Positions 60,671-64,000 of a DNA stretch of 64,000 bases are shown here, one piece after another; the stretch's first letter is position 1; every line of letters begins with the position of its first letter. The notes under the pieces are model-generated. The model made no database searches and was not told where the DNA came from. It worked only from the letters and a program-made list of their open reading frames with translations. The stretch covers positions 17,601 through 81,600 of the forward strand of contig VXQZ01000011.1 of NCBI GenBank assembly GCA_009838735.1. The letters are read 5' to 3'. The translations under genes were made by a program, and so were the position numbers. This stretch comes from Chloroflexota bacterium. GTDB lineage: Bacteria; Chloroflexota; Dehalococcoidia; Bin125.

Positions 60671-62206
60671 TTACTTCGCAAGGCCCAGTTTCTTCGCCAG
60701 CCCGATGCGCTGAATCTTGCCCGTGGTGCCCTTTGGAATCTCGTCGAGGATCACGACTCGTCTCGGCGTCTTGAAGTCCGCGACCCGTTCGCCGACGAAG
60801 CGGCGGATCGCCCGTTCGTCCGACTCTTCGCCGTCGCGCAGGACAACCGCCGCTGCTACTTCCTCGCCCAGGCGATCGTGCGGCATCGCAAAGGTGACTG
60901 CCTGTGCCACCGCAGGATGCTGGAGCAGCGCTTCATCAATTTCGCGCGGCGAGATCTTCTCTCCGCCTCGATTGATGATCTCCTTGAGCCGGCCGGTGAT
61001 CGTCAGGTAGCCGTCATCATCGAGCACGCCCTGGTCGCCGGTGCGGAACCAGCCTCGCGTGTAGGCGGTGGCGTTGGCCTCGGGATTGTTGCGGTAGCCG
61101 TCGGTGACGTTGGCGCCGCGAATCACGACCTCGCCGCGCTGACCCATGGCCAGCAGTGCGCCGTCCTCGTCCATGATCGCGATCTCCGGACCGGCGGGCA
61201 GGCCGACGCTGCCCGGCTTGCGCTCGAGCGGCGGCATGGGATTCGAGCTCATCTGGTGGGCCGCCTCGGTCATGCCGTAGGACTCGATCACGGGAGCGTC
61301 GAACGTCTCCTCCAGTTCCGCCATCACGGTCGGTGGCAGCGAGGAGGAGGAAGACCTGATCAGGCGCAAGCTGGTCTCGGCAAGCACGTCGGCATTGCGT
61401 GATGCGCGCGTGAGAATCAGCTGGTGCATGGTTGGGACGGCCGTGTACCAGGACGGCTTCGCCTCGCGCAGCCAGCCGAAGACCTGCATCGCGTTGAAGC
61501 CCGGCGAGCACCAGGTGCAGCCGCCCGCGCCGATGCTCGCCAGGATGCCGGCCATCACACCGTGGATGTGAAACAGCGGCATGATGTTGAGGCAGCGGTC
61601 CTCTGAGGTCAGATTCAGCGTGTTGCGGATGTTGTGAGCCGTCGCAGTCAGATTGCGCTGGCGCAGCGGCACGATCTTGGGCCGCGAGGTGGTACCCGAG
61701 GTGTGCAACACGAGGCCGACATCATCCGGCCCCGATGCGCCCGGTCGAGCCGGGGCGCCGCTGATATCGGCCGAGAGGCTGAAGGTTCCGGCCGGCCCGT
61801 CAGAACTCGGGTGAAGCTCCACCAACGGAGTGCCCAGTCGCTGCGCGACCTCACGAACGGGCGAGTCCACCCCGTCCTGAACCACGACGGCCTTCGCATC
61901 CAGATCCTGCAGATAAAACTCGAACTCGTCGGCGCGGTAACCGGGATTGAGCGGCGCAGCCGTCGCGGCGTTGGCGACGCCGAGGAAGGCGGCCGCCATC
62001 TCGGCGCCGTTGGGCAGCACGATCGCGATGCCGTCCTCACGTCCGAGGCCGAAACTGTTGAGCTGCTCCGCGGTCTGTGTGATCTGGTCGCGCAGACCAC
62101 CAAAGGTCAGATCGGGCCGTCCCGGCGAGCCGAGCGCGGAGCGGTCGCCGCCCAACGGAGCGAGCAACTCGGAGATGGTCCTGGCGTCAGAGTTTGGCTG
62201 GGTCAC
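60671..62206 (-). CDS. AMP-dependent synthetase/ligase (acyl-CoA synthetase family)
   Basis: AMP-binding motif LHTSGTTSRPKIV, 511 aa, typical high GC. Confidence 0.8.
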   Translation of the reverse strand: MTQPNSDARTISELLAPLGGDRSALGSPGRPDLTFGGLRDQITQTAEQLNSFGLGREDGIAIVLPNGAEMAAAFLGVANAATAAPLNPGYRADEFEFYLQDLDAKAVVVQDGVDSPVREVAQRLGTPLVELHPSSDGPAGTFSLSADISGAPARPGASGPDDVGLVLHTSGTTSRPKIVPLRQRNLTATAHNIRNTLNLTSEDRCLNIMPLFHIHGVMAGILASIGAGGCTWCSPGFNAMQVFGWLREAKPSWYTAVPTMHQLILTRASRNADVLAETSLRLIRSSSSSLPPTVMAELEETFDAPVIESYGMTEAAHQMSSNPMPPLERKPGSVGLPAGPEIAIMDEDGALLAMGQRGEVVIRGANVTDGYRNNPEANATAYTRGWFRTGDQGVLDDDGYLTITGRLKEIINRGGEKISPREIDEALLQHPAVAQAVTFAMPHDRLGEEVAAAVVLRDGEESDERAIRRFVGERVADFKTPRRVVILDEIPKGTTGKIQRIGLAKKLGLAK

Positions 62207-62322
62207 TGGATCTCCCGACGAGGCGACGGCGGTACGAACGGCCGGTCAAATGCGCCACACGGGATACAGCCTATTGTCAGACTCCCGACGGTATTGATAA
62301 GGCCGCTGCGTATACTCAAATT

Positions 62323-62414
62323 GGAGAGGTGTCCGAGTGGCCGAAGGAGCCGATCTCGAAAATCGGTAGGTGCGGCGACGTGCCTCGTGGGTTCGAATCC
62401 CACCCTCTCCGCCA
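62323..62414 (+). tRNA. tRNA-Ser (anticodon CGA), long variable arm, CCA encoded
   Basis: Manual fold: acceptor GGAGAGG/CCTCTCC, anticodon stem CCGAT/ATCGG with loop CTCGAAA, T-arm GTGGGTTCGAATCCCAC. Confidence 0.8.
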
Positions 62415-62438
62415 GTTTGCATATCGGCCACCGTCTCC

Positions 62439-62528
62439 GGAGAGGTGCTGGAGTGGACGATCAGGCACGCCTGGAAAGCGTGTAGGGCTGCAAGGCCCTC
62501 GTGGGTTCGAATCCCACCCTCTCCGCCA
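62439..62528 (+). tRNA. tRNA-Ser (anticodon GGA), long variable arm, CCA encoded
   Basis: Same acceptor and T-arm as first copy; anticodon stem CACGC/GCGTG with loop CTGGAAA. Confidence 0.8.
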
Positions 62529-62575
62529 GTTCACTTCCTACCCACATCCCTCATACCCGCGACAAGCACTCCGTC

Positions 62576-62598
62576 ATACCCGCGCTTGCCGCGGGTAT
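62576..62598. terminator. hairpin ATACCCGCG-CTTGC-CGCGGGTAT between tRNA pair and convergent hydrolase gene (possible bidirectional terminator)
   Basis: Perfect 9-bp inverted repeat; also 11-bp direct repeat TCATACCCGCG at 62561 and 62574. Confidence 0.4.
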
Positions 62599-62729
62599 CT
62601 CGCGGTCAGGAGCGCAGCGCTCGCGCAACCGGAGCCCGTGCCGATGCGATGGGCGCCTCCAGAACGAGGCGCAGCGCCCGGTTGATCGAGATTGCCGCGG
62701 CGGAGCGCGGCAATGACGAGCTTCATTGC

Positions 62730-63632
62730 TCAGGTCAGCCGCAGAAACTGACTGATCAGCGGCACAATGATCTCCGGCGCGTCTTCCTGGCAGAAGTGGC
62801 CCGCATTCGGTAGAACCGTAACGGGCGCGTCCGGATACAGCGCCTGGAACCCTCCGATGGCGCGCTCCGGATCGATCGCGTGGTCCTGCATCCCCTCAAC
62901 CATCATCGCCGGCATTGAGGCAAGTTCCTGGACAGCCGCAATCTCTTCGAAGATGAAGTCCCGTGTGCGGCCCAGATATGCGTCGAGCGGAAATTCAATC
63001 GCGCCGATGCAGGACTCCTTGTCGGGGAACGGCGCCGAGTACGCGCGAATCCAGGTGTCGTCGACCGCTTCGGAGTTCTCGAACCCGATGATCTTCATCA
63101 CGCTGAGCACATGGCTGCCTAGATGGCCGAGCGTCTCGTGCAGCGTGCCGGCCTCGTGATGCTTGCCGATCCACTGGAACCACGGCGATACCGGCGCGTT
63201 CGGCGGCTCTCGTCGAGAGCCGGGAATGATTGTATTGAGGACGCACATGCGCTTGACCCGATCGAGGTGGCGCACGGCATACTGCGATCCCATCGGACCG
63301 CCCCAGTCCTGCATGACGAATGTGATGTCGCGCAGGTCGAGTTCCTCGATCAATGCCGCAAGATTGCCGACGTGTGTGCGGAGCGTGTACTCCCGATCCT
63401 GAGGCGTCTCGCTCTTGCCGAACCCCATGTGGTCGGGCACGATCACGCGATTGGTCTCCGATAGGCCGGGAATGAAGTTGCGATACAGGTAGCCCCAGGT
63501 CGGCTCACCGTGGAGCAGGACCACCGGCTCGCCCTCGCCTTCGTCGACGTAGTGCATACGAAAACCGGGCGCGTCGCTGAAGTGCGGCTCGAACGGGAAC
63601 GTGCCGTCGAAGGTCTCGTCAGCAGGAATCAT
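62730..63632 (-). CDS. haloalkane dehalogenase-like alpha/beta hydrolase, copy 1
   Basis: HGEPTWGYLYRNFIPGL...PDHMGFGKSE...QDWGG nucleophile-Asp motif parallels DhaA/DhlA; start at MIPADETF (ORF-track extension to 63926 overlaps paralog and is rejected). Confidence 0.8.
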   Translation of the reverse strand: MIPADETFDGTFPFEPHFSDAPGFRMHYVDEGEGEPVVLLHGEPTWGYLYRNFIPGLSETNRVIVPDHMGFGKSETPQDREYTLRTHVGNLAALIEELDLRDITFVMQDWGGPMGSQYAVRHLDRVKRMCVLNTIIPGSRREPPNAPVSPWFQWIGKHHEAGTLHETLGHLGSHVLSVMKIIGFENSEAVDDTWIRAYSAPFPDKESCIGAIEFPLDAYLGRTRDFIFEEIAAVQELASMPAMMVEGMQDHAIDPERAIGGFQALYPDAPVTVLPNAGHFCQEDAPEIIVPLISQFLRLT

Positions 63633-63643
63633 GGTCGGTCCTC

Positions 63644-64000
63644 TCAGGTCAGCTTGAGGAACTGTTGTATCAGTGGAACGATGATTTCCGGCGCGTCCTC
63701 CTGACAGTAGTGTCCGGCCTTGGGCAGGATCGTGATCGGCGCGTCGGGATACATCTCGCGGAAGACGCCAATCGCGAACTCGGGTACGCCGGCGTGATCC
63801 TTCATGCCTTCGACCATCATCGCGGGCTTGGAGGACAGCTCCGGGATCAGGTGCGCCGTCTCCATGACATAGTCGCGGGTTCGACGGAGGTAGATATCGA
63901 GCGGAAAGTTGATCGCGCCAATGCATGAGGCCTGGTCGGGGAACGGCGCGGAGTAGGCGCGAATCCAGGTGTCGTCGACCACGCTCATGTTCTCGAAACC
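63644..64000 (-). CDS. haloalkane dehalogenase-like alpha/beta hydrolase, copy 2 (tandem paralog, 5-prime end beyond window)
   Basis: C-terminal 114 aa collinear with copy 1 (…AGHYCQEDAPEIIVPLIQQFLKLT); truncated by window edge. Confidence 0.75.
   Translation of the reverse strand, partial: GFENMSVVDDTWIRAYSAPFPDQASCIGAINFPLDIYLRRTRDYVMETAHLIPELSSKPAMMVEGMKDHAGVPEFAIGVFREMYPDAPITILPKAGHYCQEDAPEIIVPLIQQFLKLT

Noticed and set aside
62194-62813. Several 60-160-aa ORFs overlapping the two tRNA-Ser genes on both strands
   Set aside because: They coincide with well-folded tRNA sequences and the GC-rich spacer and are artefacts of six-frame translation.

Overview
High-GC (~66%) bacterial chromosomal window, probably from a Chloroflexota/Thermomicrobia-like or actinobacterium-like genome; genus not assignable from sequence. 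Most of the window is core metabolism with tight gene packing. It contains a complete F1Fo ATP synthase operon (atpZ/I-like, atpB-E-F-H-A-G-[HAD]-D-C) followed by murA, mreB, rex and gyrA. Leucine biosynthesis genes are split: leuD...leuB on the + strand and leuA-leuC on the - strand about 16 kb away. Other features are a HigB/HigA-like (Gp49/XRE) toxin-antitoxin pair, three LLM-class (F420-type) oxidoreductases, a peptide-type ABC importer, a fused BC-BCCP-CT acyl-CoA carboxylase plus a stand-alone carboxyltransferase, and two tandem tRNA-Ser genes. A hydrolase-rich stretch carries four tandemly duplicated paralog pairs: carboxylesterases, D-aminoacylases, Cys-type arylsulfatases, and haloalkane-dehalogenase-like alpha/beta hydrolases. 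Two candidates stand out as unexplained. (1) Between leuD and leuB lies a compact locus of two paralogous ~52-aa peptides ending in CCGxYGxPGC, each followed by a conserved GC stem-loop, with a 21-aa His/Asp-rich mini-ORF between them; this could be a new RiPP precursor, metal-binding peptide or regulatory module. (2) A ~1.7-kb low-GC (~48-52%) island carries two overlapping, translationally coupled unknown genes, one with a SEC-C-like Cys motif and a second CxxC...CxH...C cluster; it sits between a carboxyltransferase and an acyl-CoA synthetase, about 1.8 kb from the tRNA-Ser pair. Other notable points are an ~230-aa acidic insertion in ATP synthase subunit a, a HAD phosphatase gene inside the atp operon, and a MurA with Asp at the Cys115-equivalent (fosfomycin-target) position. 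Many long antisense ORFs in the six-frame track are high-GC artefacts and are rejected.
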